Assembly: GCF_000315625.1 (NCBI RefSeq) | Contig: NW_005434542.1 | Span: 90,524 to 154,523 of the forward strand | From: Guillardia theta CCMP2712 | Taxonomy: Eukaryota; Protista; Cryptophyta | Length of the DNA stretch: 64,000 bases | Direction of reading: 5' to 3' | Part shown: piece after piece, positions 30,826 to 42,676 of the stretch | Position numbering within the stretch: position 1 is the first letter of the stretch | Layout: each line of letters begins with the position of its first letter | Position numbers and translations under genes: made by a program | The notes under the pieces: generated by a model | Seen by the model: only the letters and a program-made list of their open reading frames with translations | What the model was told of the DNA's origin: nothing | Databases searched by the model: none

Positions 30826-32576
30826 GGCGGTGAAAGATCAAGAGAAGGAAGGGAAGAGGGAGAAGGGAAGGGAGAGAGAGTAATGGGGGAGCGGGAGGCA
30901 GTAAGGACGAGGCAACACGGACGGGAAGGAAGAGGTCAAGGGTCAGGAGTATCGGGTGAGGGGCGGGTTGTAGCGCAGTAGTAATGTCATCATTGCTGAC
31001 AGCGGGTATCGAAATATCCTCTTTTCAAACAATCTCAAAGGTATCCCGCTGAATAATACCCCCTCAAATCGACTTTGAGCGAATCTCAAGGGAAAAATCC
31101 TGGAGCATGGGTGGAATATCCTATGACGGCACTTAAGGAATCGCTGATGACATGGTAGACAAACAAACAAGTTCAAAAATTGTTTCCATGTACCCCTCCC
31201 CCAAAACGTCTTCGGTGTAGGTCGTAACTTTAAAACTCAGAGGCCAAAAACTGCTTGTGGATTACGTCTGCCATATCTGTGATTGGAATCATTGCAAAAT
31301 CACACTGTTTCATATCCTGTAAAGTGGTTTGAACGAGGGCAGCGATTTGTTTTCCTAGGAAAATATAAGTTTAGATTTGATGTCTCATCAATTTCATTGG
31401 TGCGGGCCTGTTTGAATACAAATCAGATCAGAGGGGTCGGTACGCAAGTGTAATACTATTTTTGAGCCCCCTCCGGCCTCTTGTCATGCATCTGGCATTT
31501 GAAAACTGTAAAACTTTTGTTTCAAAATTTTCAAATTTTGACCAAAGGGAAATGAATTCGAAATTCTTTCAAACATGCATAAAACAAGGTCACTTGTTGC
31601 ATCATGGCAAACCCTACCCCACCCTTCCCTTCCCTTGCTTTCAGTACCTGAACAACAGATCAGTACCCGTACTCATCAAGCATCTCATTCCGAAGTCACG
31701 CAGCCAACTTAAAACCTAGCACTTTCCGACCGTGACGAAGGGCTAGAGCCGGGCCGGGCCGGGCCGCAACACGGGCCGCGGTCAGTCGCCGTACGGTCAC
31801 GGTGCCACCGCCGGTCCCCTCAGGCTCAAACTTACCTTTGACCGTCGACTCCCGAGCCTAGTAACTTGAACTTCGGAACTCACCGTTCGGAAGCGGCTGC
31901 CTGACACGCCTGGCACTTCATGGCGAATCATTAGTACCCGGTACTAGTACATGAAAACCTACCTCTCTCACTTCCGGCCGCCGACGGTGACTTTGAATAA
32001 ATGACTTGATCGTCGGCGTCGGACTCAGCCTCCGAGTCACGCTTCTTTCACTCGAAGTACTACGCGGCCAAATGACACTGCCGTCGGTGTCGGAGACCAC
32101 TCAGTGACTTGCCAGGGAGCAAACCGTGAACTGCAAGCGGCAGCACAGCCGGGAAGATCCGATGATCCGAGGGCATCGTAATGCATATGCTCAGCACGTC
32201 CCGCCAAAGGCCTTTCTTCCCATCATCGCCAGCACTGATGGCCTCTTGCAGGACGAGTGCGTTGCGCTTTCTGTGGCCCCCGGCTGGCGGATCGCTCGGC
32301 GAACACTGAAGGAAACGGCAGCGCAGTGGATGGAGTCGGCCTCGCAAGACGTCTCAGGTAATCCGACTTGCGGTGGCAAACGCATCCGCCGGGTCCAGGA
32401 TCAGTCATTCGTCAGCTCAAGGCCTCCCTGTCCTACGCTGCCCGGATCATCGCGGGTGCATCAGTCCCGGTACGGTATGCGTCTCATTCCGACTTCGGCG
32501 GCGGCCACCGACCGTCCGCCGCATCCGCGGCCCTGCCATGCGGCCGCGCGGGGGACTTGTCACAGTGTCCTGCGCG

Positions 32577-32845
32577 CCGTTAAGTGAAGGTATCAGTTAA
32601 CTTTGGGGGACAGCAGTCGGCAGGATTGGGTTTGGTTCTCGCTGTCTTTTCTCTTCTCGCCGCCGCAAGTTGGCCTGTGATGCGACAGTGTCAGGGTCAA
32701 GCCTCCTCGACTCTCCTTATTGTCCTCGTACCGTAACTTTGAGTAAAGAGATAAAGGCGGGCCTACTATCATGATGGGCCAACCGCCGTTCAACTGCTGT
32801 CCCCCAAACAAGTTGGCGGCTTAACTGATACCTTCACTCAAACGG
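32577..32845. mobile_element. Small MITE-like element with about 40-bp imperfect terminal inverted repeats
   Basis: AGTGAAGGTATCAGTTAA-CTTTGGGGGACAGCAGT (to 32617) and its reverse complement at 32793-32845, which carries an insertion of about 11 nt. Confidence 0.55.
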
Positions 32846-33798
32846 TTCAACGCCGGGTTGTCCACCGTCGGAGTCATGGCCTCGGACCGTCCCGGCGGCG
32901 CCGGAGGGCGGCGGGCCGGGCCGGCCCGATCGGAGCACGGCGCCGGTACATAGGCTGCGGCCGCGCCCTTCTCCCGGGAGTACGGTCCACTCGGATGCCA
33001 TCAACCACCGTCGCTCGAGTTGATTTGGAATCGGATGATCAAGTTCAATGATTGACAAGTTGACAGTGAGGCGGCTTATCATCTTGTCATCTCATGTAAC
33101 AAAATGCTCTGATAACTAACCTGATCGGACTGTGGATGTCAACCGACTAAAAGAAATTAAGCTAGAGAGAGACTAGATTAAGCCTGGCGAGAGAGAGACT
33201 CGATGATGCTGAGCTTAGGGTTTTGTTGATGTTGTGAAGGTTAAACCCGGTAGTAAGTGTAGGTAAGACCTCTTGCAAGAAAGAAGCAGGGATGTTAAAA
33301 GGTGGTCTTTGTCTGAGTAGCGATCTCGTGCATCGAGGTGAGTTGTGATCGTGTGGATCGGGGGTTAGAGATTGAGACTTTTGGCAGCAATCCATGAAGC
33401 TGCTTGTTTGGTCACGAGTCCCACCCTTGCCCAAGTAGGCCTTAAGAAGTCTGGCCAGTATCATCAGATCTCCAACTTCCGTAAAAGCAAATTCAAGTTC
33501 GATAGATTGTAAATTCATTACAGAAATCCTAGGCTAACTTGAAATGTTCGAAAAGCCGACTGTACAATTAGAAGAATTACAACACGAGACAGCAAGGACT
33601 TGCTATTCTGATTCTGTTTCTACAACTTTTGCCCTGCAGCTACACTTGAAGCAAGTAATAAATAATTTCCGACTGAATGGTGATGTCGTTGTCATCAAGT
33701 ATGTGTGCAGCAAAGTTTGGCAAATTCCGGCACAACTTGCCGCCAACTTGGCATGTCACGTTGCCATGACATGTTGCCAAGTTGAACTGGAAACTCGT

Positions 33799-34758
33799 TC
33801 AGATACTCAGACGTTTGACCCGAAACGAGTTCGAAAAATGAGGCTGAATGATCCTTTGAGAACCGCTGCTCATTGTTGACCGCCTCCTGGCCAGGTTGCA
33901 TACCCTTGGAGGAGATTGGTTGAGTTCGAGATCATCGTCGTCTACGCTGATGTACTGCAAGAAGAAGACGAGTCCATGGAAGATCATGATCATAACGGTG
34001 GCAAGAAGTCGAAGTCCTGCTGACAGCCTTTGAACTCTCCTTTCAGGGACAATCGGCTGCGAATCTACAACATGATCGTGGCCTCGAGACCAAAATTCCA
34101 ACAAGAAAACCCTAAAGAGCCAATCCAAGACCGCGGATACGGGAACAACAACGAGAATCCTCACAAAGATGGATTCCATGATGTTATCAAAAAATCTCGT
34201 GGCATATTCGTACCCGTGACGCATTATGTTGCTCTCGCTCGCTTGGTCCCGTATAGTTTCTATGGCGAATTCGGTAAAGCGTTCTTTTGTATTCTCATCC
34301 ATTTTCTTCAAGCTTCCGGCAATTTCAGAATCCACGGCATTTCTGATAATGACCAGCATGAAACGTTTGTGTCTATGCTCAAATGAATGCAGCTCCATTA
34401 GACATTTTAGCGCCTTTCCTTGGATTGTGTACAATGTAGACTCAAGTGAATCTCCTTCAATATCGTAATCCGTGTCATGCCCGCTAATCAAATCGCTGAG
34501 TTGTGAAGTGTTGGTAGCCGGTCCATGCAATACAAAAAAAGACCTTCCCTGGAGCATCATCTTTGACCATTCAAATCTGTCAGCAAACGATTGAGAGGTT
34601 TGAATCATTTCGAATGCAGGGCTAACGTCCAACAGCACCCATTCCTCATTAGTTAAATTGTTCTGCTGTATGTAACTTTCAAGATCGTCTTGAACAACGC
34701 TGTCACTGTAAGTCCAATCATGTGAGCAGCGTTTCTTATCACTGGGCTGTGAAGACAT
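33799..34758 (-). CDS. Intronless PAS-domain membrane protein, paralogue of 29818-30825
   Basis: LQGRSFFVLHGPATN, two hydrophobic segments, shared C-terminal PHF..SF(K/R)VKR.S. Confidence 0.75.
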   Translation of the reverse strand: MSSQPSDKKRCSHDWTYSDSVVQDDLESYIQQNNLTNEEWVLLDVSPAFEMIQTSQSFADRFEWSKMMLQGRSFFVLHGPATNTSQLSDLISGHDTDYDIEGDSLESTLYTIQGKALKCLMELHSFEHRHKRFMLVIIRNAVDSEIAGSLKKMDENTKERFTEFAIETIRDQASESNIMRHGYEYATRFFDNIMESIFVRILVVVPVSAVLDWLFRVFLLEFWSRGHDHVVDSQPIVPERRVQRLSAGLRLLATVMIMIFHGLVFFLQYISVDDDDLELNQSPPRVCNLARRRSTMSSGSQRIIQPHFSNSFRVKRLSI

Positions 34759-36458
34759 CCTGCGCCGACCCTCAAGCGAACGCGAGACTAAATATGATCA
34801 GGACGGGCAAGAGAGACTGATGGTAATGAAACAGGAGAGAAGGAGGTAGGATACGATGAGAAAGGGACAAGATGAGAGCTGTCCGAGGAGATGGGATAAG
34901 GACGAGCTGCTGGGGCTAAAAGGGCGGGGGCAGGTGAAGGAGCAAGTGCCCTCGAGGTGCAGGGCAGAAGAGGCCTAGAGGGAAGGAGGCGGATGGACAT
35001 GCTTGCTGACATGCTTACAACAAAACAAGCAACGTTTTGGAATTGGTTTAAATCCCCCATGGAAAAAGATATGTTTTATTTCTGTACCCATTGATTTCAC
35101 CCCTGTTTGCCATATGATTTAGGACCCCTCGTCTGCCTTTTTCGAGCAGACACAAGATCTCATCAGACCCCCCATCAAGGTCATTGAATCCTCAATCATT
35201 ACTCTATATAAAATGGACAATGGTCCTACCATCACATTCCTTTTGAGAACGACATCTGCTCCCGACAAGTGGTCTAAATTTTATGGGACTCGAAATGATT
35301 TGAGAAAATTCAGATTTAGGTTTGAAGAGAAGGTTCAGGCGAGTGCTTTCTAGAAATGTCCTTGATGCCATTTGAGCAAAACCAACCTTGAAACATATTT
35401 CCAAACTCTCGGTCATTTCTTTTCAAAGTATTGTTTGAAATTTGGATCATTTTCTATTTTGGAAGGTGCTAAAATTTACCACATCAGGCTTTACACTCCC
35501 AAGGGGCGATAACCTGGTAGGGTACCCAGATATCCAGAAAGTACCCATCCAATTACAGACAGAATGAAGGGTACAGATGGTGGATTTGAGTTTCTCCAGA
35601 TACGTACCGAGGGTAGGTAGTGAGAAACAGGAGTAAAAAACCAAACAGATTTATCTTGAAAGGTTTCTTTTACTCGACGCTTCGTTCGTGATTGACTGGA
35701 AGAGGCTCATAACCTTCTTGACAGTCATATGTCTCAGGGGGTGGTACACCTGTACCCCCCCTGCTGATGAGTATTTGCAGTTGAAATTCACGAGCATCCA
35801 CAAGGAGGGTGGGGTGGACTGGGATATAGGGGTGGGCTGTTACTCAAAGGATATGGTCGCTTTGAAAAGAACTCTTTTCGCTCCACAGGAGTCGCTGGGA
35901 GTCATGTTCAGGGCAGCACTTGGGGCATCGGATCTGCTCCTAGGATTTGTTCCGATGCCTTCCGGTCGCTTCGGGCTGAGGCGAGCTCGAAATCATACCG
36001 TCCGAACACTCGGATCAACCAGTCCGGCCCGATCGGATTTTTTGTCCGGCCCGGCCCGATTGTGATGAAAGAGCCCTCATCCCACCTCAGTCCCATCGAT
36101 GCGATCCATGGAAGATTCGCGCTGAAATTCTGTGGTGCTCGAGCGAGGGCTGGTGGGAAGGAAGGAGGGGGAGGAGGGGGCGGGGGGATGGTAGGAGGAG
36201 CGAGGATCCCTGGCAGAGGAGAAGCAGAGAACGCAGGAGAGGATGAGTGAGCGAAGGAAGGGTGTGGGAGGAAGGGGCTGAAGCGTGAGAACAGGAAAAG
36301 TGATATAGAGAGAGTATATGGAGGGAACTCTACCTCAGAAATATATGGTAGTGGGGGGATGTCTCCAGGTAGACCTCGGTTCTCTGATGAGGCGGAGCAC
36401 TGTCGGATCTCGGTTCATGGTTGATGTCCTCGCTGCGCTGACCCTCCATGTGAACCAG

Positions 36459-38529
36459 ATGCCGCGGCTCATCCTGCTGTTGGTGGTTCTTGGTATTTGC
36501 TCTGCCAACTATGCGAGCAGGTAATGAGGATGTGAGAACGAGAAAGATCCTTGTGCCCCTGACGCCCTTGACGTGAAGATATGCGCCCATGGCCGGACCT
36601 AGGAAGTTCTTGGGTGATGGAGAACTTCCGAGTGTGCTGAACTCACGCGAGCTGCTTCCTGAGTCACAAACAACAGTCCCACAAGCTCTGCGTTTGAGAG
36701 GAGGAGGCTTGCCGTATAGGTACCAGGTAGAGCTCGGAGCCTGCTGTGGGTCTCCCATGACGCCATGAGCGCAGGACAACTGGAGTGACATTGTGGTGAG
36801 AATGCCCATCGACGAGCCCATCAAGTCCAAGGACATCCACTACAAGCTCACACCGTGAGTGAACGCTCCTGCGGAGTCTTCCTTCTCTCCTCCCCTGGGA
36901 CAAGGCTGCCCTGGTGTGACAGCGTGCGGCGCCAGGTCGATGTTGGAGCTGGGCCTCAAAGGGCAGGAGCCGTTTGTGAGTGTGACCCTGCGGGTACTCC
37001 TTGCTGTGTGATATGTGCTGGCAGATCAAAGACGAGCTCTGGGGGCTGGTGAAGGTGGACGAGTGCTTGTGAGGCTGCTGGGATGTAGATGGGGGTGCAG
37101 CTGAAGGCATGTGTAGGTGGGAGATCGAGATGGACAACAAGCTCGGGAGGCACGTGGCCCTGCAGCTGAAGAAGGTGAGGAGCCCGAGGGAGGCAGCAGG
37201 CTGGTGATGGTGCGGGCAGGCGAAGGGAGAGAAGTGGGACTTCCTGCTGAAGAAGGAGGACATCCCGCCTGACATGACGGTGCCGCGTTCCCCTGCTCGA
37301 TGAGATTTTCCCTCCGTCGGGGCTCACGCAGGCGCAGGTGACAGAGAAGTGCTTCCTCGACATTCAGGTTGTTGGTGGCAGCTGGGAGGTCCCCCTGGGA
37401 CTGACGTCGCTGGTGCAGATCGATGGGGAGGCGGTTGGTCGGATCGTCATCGGGCTGTACGGCAAGGTGACTTGATTGCTCGACGCAATGGACTAGGGGT
37501 TAATAGAGGACCGCAGACTTGCCCCCGCACTGCCTACAACTTCAGAGCCCTCTGTACTGGCGAGGTAGGAGCACGTTTGATTTCCTCCACCCCCCTCCCT
37601 CCACCTCTCCTCCACCACCTCTCTTCCTCGCTCTCCGAGCCTCCTCCCTCCCTCGTCTCTCCCTCCACCTTCTTCCCTCCATCTCTCATCCTCCTCTGCT
37701 CCTAACGTGCCTCAAAGGTCCAGGTTGACCCCGAGAAGCACAAACGAACGCAGGCGGCCAACGCGACTCTCACCTACAAGGGAACCAAGTTTCATCGCAT
37801 CATCCCGAGCTTCATGGTGAGGGGAGGAGGTGAAGACAAGCGAGCTTCTCATGTAGATATCAGGTTCAAGGAGGAGACTTCACCAAGGGCGATGGAACTG
37901 GGGGAGAGTCGGTCTATGGAGGAAGGTAATGCTGCCCCCTTCCCCTTGACCGCTCCCTCTCCTTTCCATGCTCATTCCTCTGATTCCTCCTGCCTCCTTT
38001 CCCCTACCCTCACTCCATGTGCTCTTCCCCAGTCTTCTCACCCGCTCCTCATCAACTCTCTTGCCATCAAGCACACCCCTCCTCTTCCTCTTTCTTCCTC
38101 CTCCTTGAATGACCACACGTGCGTTTGAAAGGTTCGAGGACGAGAGCTTCCAGATCAAGCACTCTCGCGAGGGCCTCGTGTCGATGGCGAACGCTGGAGC
38201 AGACTGCAACGGGGCTCAGGTAGGGAGGGCAAGACATGGTGACGAGTGGGGCTGATCTTGGTCAAGTTCTTCATCACCACAGCAAGTGCGGCTCATCTCA
38301 ACGGCAAGCATGTTGTCTTCGGCGAGGTGGATGCCATGACAGATGGTCAGTCCCACCATGACGCCTGTTGGCAGGTCCTAGAAGGATATGAGTTCGTGCA
38401 GAAGATCGAAGACTGCGGGTCCAACAGGTTTGTGCTGCTTGCATCCAGCTATCGCAGATGACATCTTCGAGCAGCGGGAAGCCTTCCAAGGAGGTCGTCA
38501 TTGTGGATTGCGGCGTTGTCAGCGAGTAG
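36459..38529 (+). CDS. Signal peptide, LRLRGG, CS (p23/NudC-like) domain and cyclophilin PPIase, multi-exon
   Basis: Cyclophilin exons: [78 protein letters not shown]-like exons: [42 protein letters not shown]. Confidence 0.9.
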
Positions 38530-38716
38530 GAATCGAAAGATGTGTTGTGAATGTTCAAGGTTGAACCAAGAAAAACGTTTCATTGACATCTAAAATTTAC
38601 AACTCGCCCACACCGTTTGCCTTCCACCATTCGTAGAGAGAAGAGAGAGAGATACGATGAAAGATTCGTCACTGGCAACCAACACGAGTCAGCCGACGGC
38701 ATGTGACGGCATGTGC

Positions 38717-39594
38717 TCAAGCACAAGGAACCTGTTGACTTGAAGCAAATTTTGCTTTGATTTGTTCAAGTTCTTCTTGTTGTTTCTCCAGTAATACCTG
38801 CGGCAACGTTCAACCAGGCACCTCACATGTGACAATCTCTTACTTTCTTCGTCTGTTTATTCGGCTGATAGTACAACACTATCAGGTAGCTGCCCAAACG
38901 TCAGTAGCGCTCAGCACAACCAACGATGCAAACTCACCGATCCAGCACGTGAAATCCTGAGAGATTGTCGCATGCATTCTTTGCGTCGTAGATGTCTTCA
39001 TACACCACAAAGGCAGTCCCACGCGTGTCCTTCGTGTTCCCCCTGCACCCACTCTCAGCAAATGCACACTACCACGAGTTCAGGAAGGAAGCACAGTGTG
39101 AGGAGATGAGGAGATGAGGAGATGAGGGGGAAAGTTCCAAACATGACCATGACAAGATCATCACATCTGCAAAGACACAGGAAGAGGAGGTCACGCTGCA
39201 TGCGGTCCTACTCACTTGCGGATCTGGCGAATAGCTCCGTAACGACCGAACAGATCGTACAGCTCTTCTGCTGTGATCTTGAAGGGGAGGTTCCTAAGGG
39301 AGCAGCGGCGTCAGTCTGACTGCTCTGCCTACCTCAACCTCCTACCTGACGAAGAGGATTCGGTTCACCTCGGGAGGTAGACGCGCCTATGCATCAAGGG
39401 TCACTCGAAGGGACGGGCCAGCCGTTCGCCCCCAGCAACGCAGGAGCGCTGCAACACGAGACACTCCACGAACATGCAACGACATGACAGCAAACATCAT
39501 CAAGCTTTCAACTTCTTCACCCCCGTTCATCAGCCCCGTCACTCACATTCGCACGTCCGCGCCATGCGTTCTGTACACCAGGGTCGAGGGCCAT
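38717..39594 (-). CDS. SF3B6: Splicing factor 3B subunit 6 (p14), multi-exon
   Basis: [74 protein letters not shown]. Confidence 0.95.
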
Positions 39595-40934
39595 GGCTTG
39601 TCTGCACAAGATTCCAGTCAGCTAAACGGGGCAAGAACAACAACGGGACGCTGAAGATCCCCGAGGATGTCAGAGGAGCACGAAATTCGTCTCGTCGCTG
39701 CACCCCCTCCTCCTCTACTCCTCTCCCGCCCACCCGAGACCGTCACAAAAACAAGAAACAGGAAACATAGATCCCCGTCGATTGCCTCCCTCCCTCCCTC
39801 AACTAACAACAGCTCGAGAGATTTCTGAGTGACCACACAATAGGAGAGCTTTCAGCGCATGCCATATCGCTACCCTTCTGCTAGATCCCGTTGCACGCAG
39901 TGTAATGAACCTTGTGCCGTCACAGGTCACTTTCAAGAGCTCTTCAGCATGAACATACAACCAACAACGCACAGCAGAAGCAAACACAATACCAATGACT
40001 TCATCAAGTAACTGCTACAAGTACTTCGAGCGCCCTGCTCTCCTCTCCTCCAGCAACTACTCGCTCCCGCCCTTGATCCTGTTCATCGGGCTAGAACCTT
40101 TTTCTCTGATCCCGGTTCAAATGTTTGTGATCCTCCTGCCTCTGATGTGCCTGATGCTTCTTCTCCTCATTGTACTGCTGATAACACTTCTTTCATCATC
40201 GTTTCTCCTCCCTCCTCCCCCTTCCCCTCGCTCTTGCTCCCTCCCTCACGCGCTGCATGCTCCTCCTTTCCTCCGCCTCCGTTTTTAGACTTTTAACATT
40301 GATTTCTCTGAAATTTTCTTCTGTAATTTTCAACATTTGAAATTAAATTTCAAATATAGTTTGGAGTCAAAATACAATGCTGTGTCGCCCTGACATGTGA
40401 GTTATAAATATGTAATCGAACATATTTTTTAAATTGTACTTATCACATTTGTAGCTTGGTCAAATTTAGAAAGAATCGGGGAGATATAATATCAAATATA
40501 CTTATTGATATGTATATAGTTATTGAATGTGCTCATTCGTACCCGAAACGTCCCATGAGTACACCTTCCAAGGTATCTCCGTACAATATTTCTAGTCACA
40601 AGGGTACTTTATATTCATTTCTTTCCACCGTTTCCTCCAGGTTCCTAAAATAGTTTTAGTAGGTTTAAAACTAGCGGTCAGTTTCGGATCAGCTACTACT
40701 AGTTTTACTGCCCGGATTTTACTCGCGTTCAAAGTTTCAAATTTTCAAGGTATCAACGTTTCAAAGTTTCAAAGTTTCAATGTTTAGTTCGAATCTGGCG
40801 CCGGGCCGGCCGGGCCGGGGAACTGAGAAAGGGGTGAATGTGGGCGATGACAGGACATGCAGGGAGGGCACGAGGAAGCGGGGGAGAATGGGGAGAGGGA
40901 GGGAGGGACGAGGAAAGACTGAGGAACGAGGATC

Positions 40935-40995
40935 AAGATGAAGATGAAGATGAAGATGAAGATGAAGATGAAGATGAAGATGAAAATGAAGACGA
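40935..40995. repeat. (GATGAA)n microsatellite
   Basis: Seen directly. Confidence 0.95.
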
Positions 40996-41100
40996 TATTG
41001 CAGGACAAGAGAGAAGGGTCGAGGAATCATACAGGCAGGGGCTGCAGGGAGTGGGGGACAGGGACGGAGAGAGGAAGGGAAGGGAGGGAAGCGGGAAGGA

Positions 41101-42400
41101 GATGGTACAAAGGAACTTGTAGGCAATTGGGTGGGTATGTACAGCACCACGTCAACTAGATGACTCCGTGTGCTCGCGCCAGGCTGCAGTGCAGCTTGGG
41201 GACTGAGGGTAGGCACCAGGCTGAACCTCAGCTCCGTATCAGCGCCATGGAAGATGAGGGCGCGCGATCGGTGAGCATGGAGAGTCCGAGCTCGAGTGAG
41301 TCCTACTTGACTGTCCTCAGGTCTTTGAGCTCTCCCAGTCGCAACTCCTCCAGCTGCGTCGGGCATGTGAGCAGGTTCTGCTATGGCGGGTGTGCCTGGC
41401 CGCTGAAGCTTCTTGCAGGGTCAGGCGCAGGCATGCTCGGCGTTCGGGGCCGGTCTAACAGCAGACGACAGCGTGAAAGGTTGTTCTCCCTGTGATCTGC
41501 GCTGTGAGCTAAGAGGAGCGAAGGCAAGCGAATCGCCAAGTTCCTCAAGAAAGGTCCCGCTAGCTCCTACCGCTGGGTAGACCTGAAGGCGTGCAGGCTG
41601 CCAGCTCGGAGATCCCAACGGCTGTTTCGCGCTCGCTGGATTGTGAGGGGAATACATACGTGATAGGAGGAGCTGATGGGCATGCAGGCAGATGGAGAAG
41701 AGGGTTCCAGGGAACGAGGAAGCTGCTTTCCAAAACACGCTGACGTCATGTCGGATGGGCCTAGCAGAAGGTGAAGCAGCAGAGGAGGGGTGAGGGAGGA
41801 GGAGGAGGGTGATGGATGGGCAGGTTGCTGTCAGACTGGACTGATGCTCTTCTCTGGACTTGGTCTCTTGTCTGGTCGGTGAGGACCTGTGTGAAAGTTG
41901 CGGCAGGAACGAAGCAGAACATTCAATCGGGGCTGGGGGTTTTGATGCAAACTTGCGAGAAAGGAAACCACGGCAAGAGCTGCTTCGAGACAGGAAGGAT
42001 CATAGCGTCTCTTGCTGATGCGGGTGCGCGGCATGACGCGATGGGGGGAGTTTGGGGGGAGGGGGGGCGGGAGCGAGCAGGGAGAGAGCGAGGAGAGGGA
42101 GAGTGAGGAGGGGCAGAGTTGGGAGGGAGAGCGCGAGCATTCGGAGAGGGAGGAGGGAGAGGGTGATCAAGGTAAGAGTGACACGAGGCAGGTGCCATCG
42201 ACAAGGAGAAGATCAACGCCACTGAGAAGATCCGGACCTATCTCCGCAAGGTAGCGCCTCGACCTCATTCCCGTGACTAAGGGCAACTCCAGGCCTGTGA
42301 CTTCAAGTACCAAGAAGGCTGTGCGTCACTGCAGGCGAGGAGAGGGGGGAGAGGGGGCGGCAGGGCCGTTGCTGAAGCTCCTTGAAGGAATTTGAGAAGC
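41101..42400 (+). CDS. Cys-paired Sel1-like repeat protein (Hcp/COA7-like), multi-exon
   Basis: Spliced translation: AKFLKK-ACQLGDPNGCFALAGL; AFQNTLTSCRMGLAEGCCQTGLMLLSGLGTKQNIQSGLGVLMQTCEKGNHGKSCFETG. Both ends are approximate. Confidence 0.7.
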
Positions 42401-42676
42401 AGTTCCCTCCATCCAGCGACGCGGTCCACGAGGTCGATCGGATCCTTGAGGCGGAGCGAGGTAGAGGCTCTTTGAATGCTCCCATCGCTCCTCCGATGTC
42501 ATGACATGAGAGCAGGTGAGCAAGGAGGGCAGGAGGGCAAAGGTCAAGACTAGTCGACAACTCCTGATAGACTGCCCGGAAGAATTGAAAACGCGCGTTT
42601 GATGTTGTGTACTCTTTACCCCTGCCTGAAAGAGTCTCGCACTTTGCCAACACTACAAACACCGCCCTCAAACCTT

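Noticed and set aside
31730-33520. Multiple short ORFs in the GC island
   Set aside because: Stop-poor GC-rich sequence, overlapping on both strands, with no protein-like motifs
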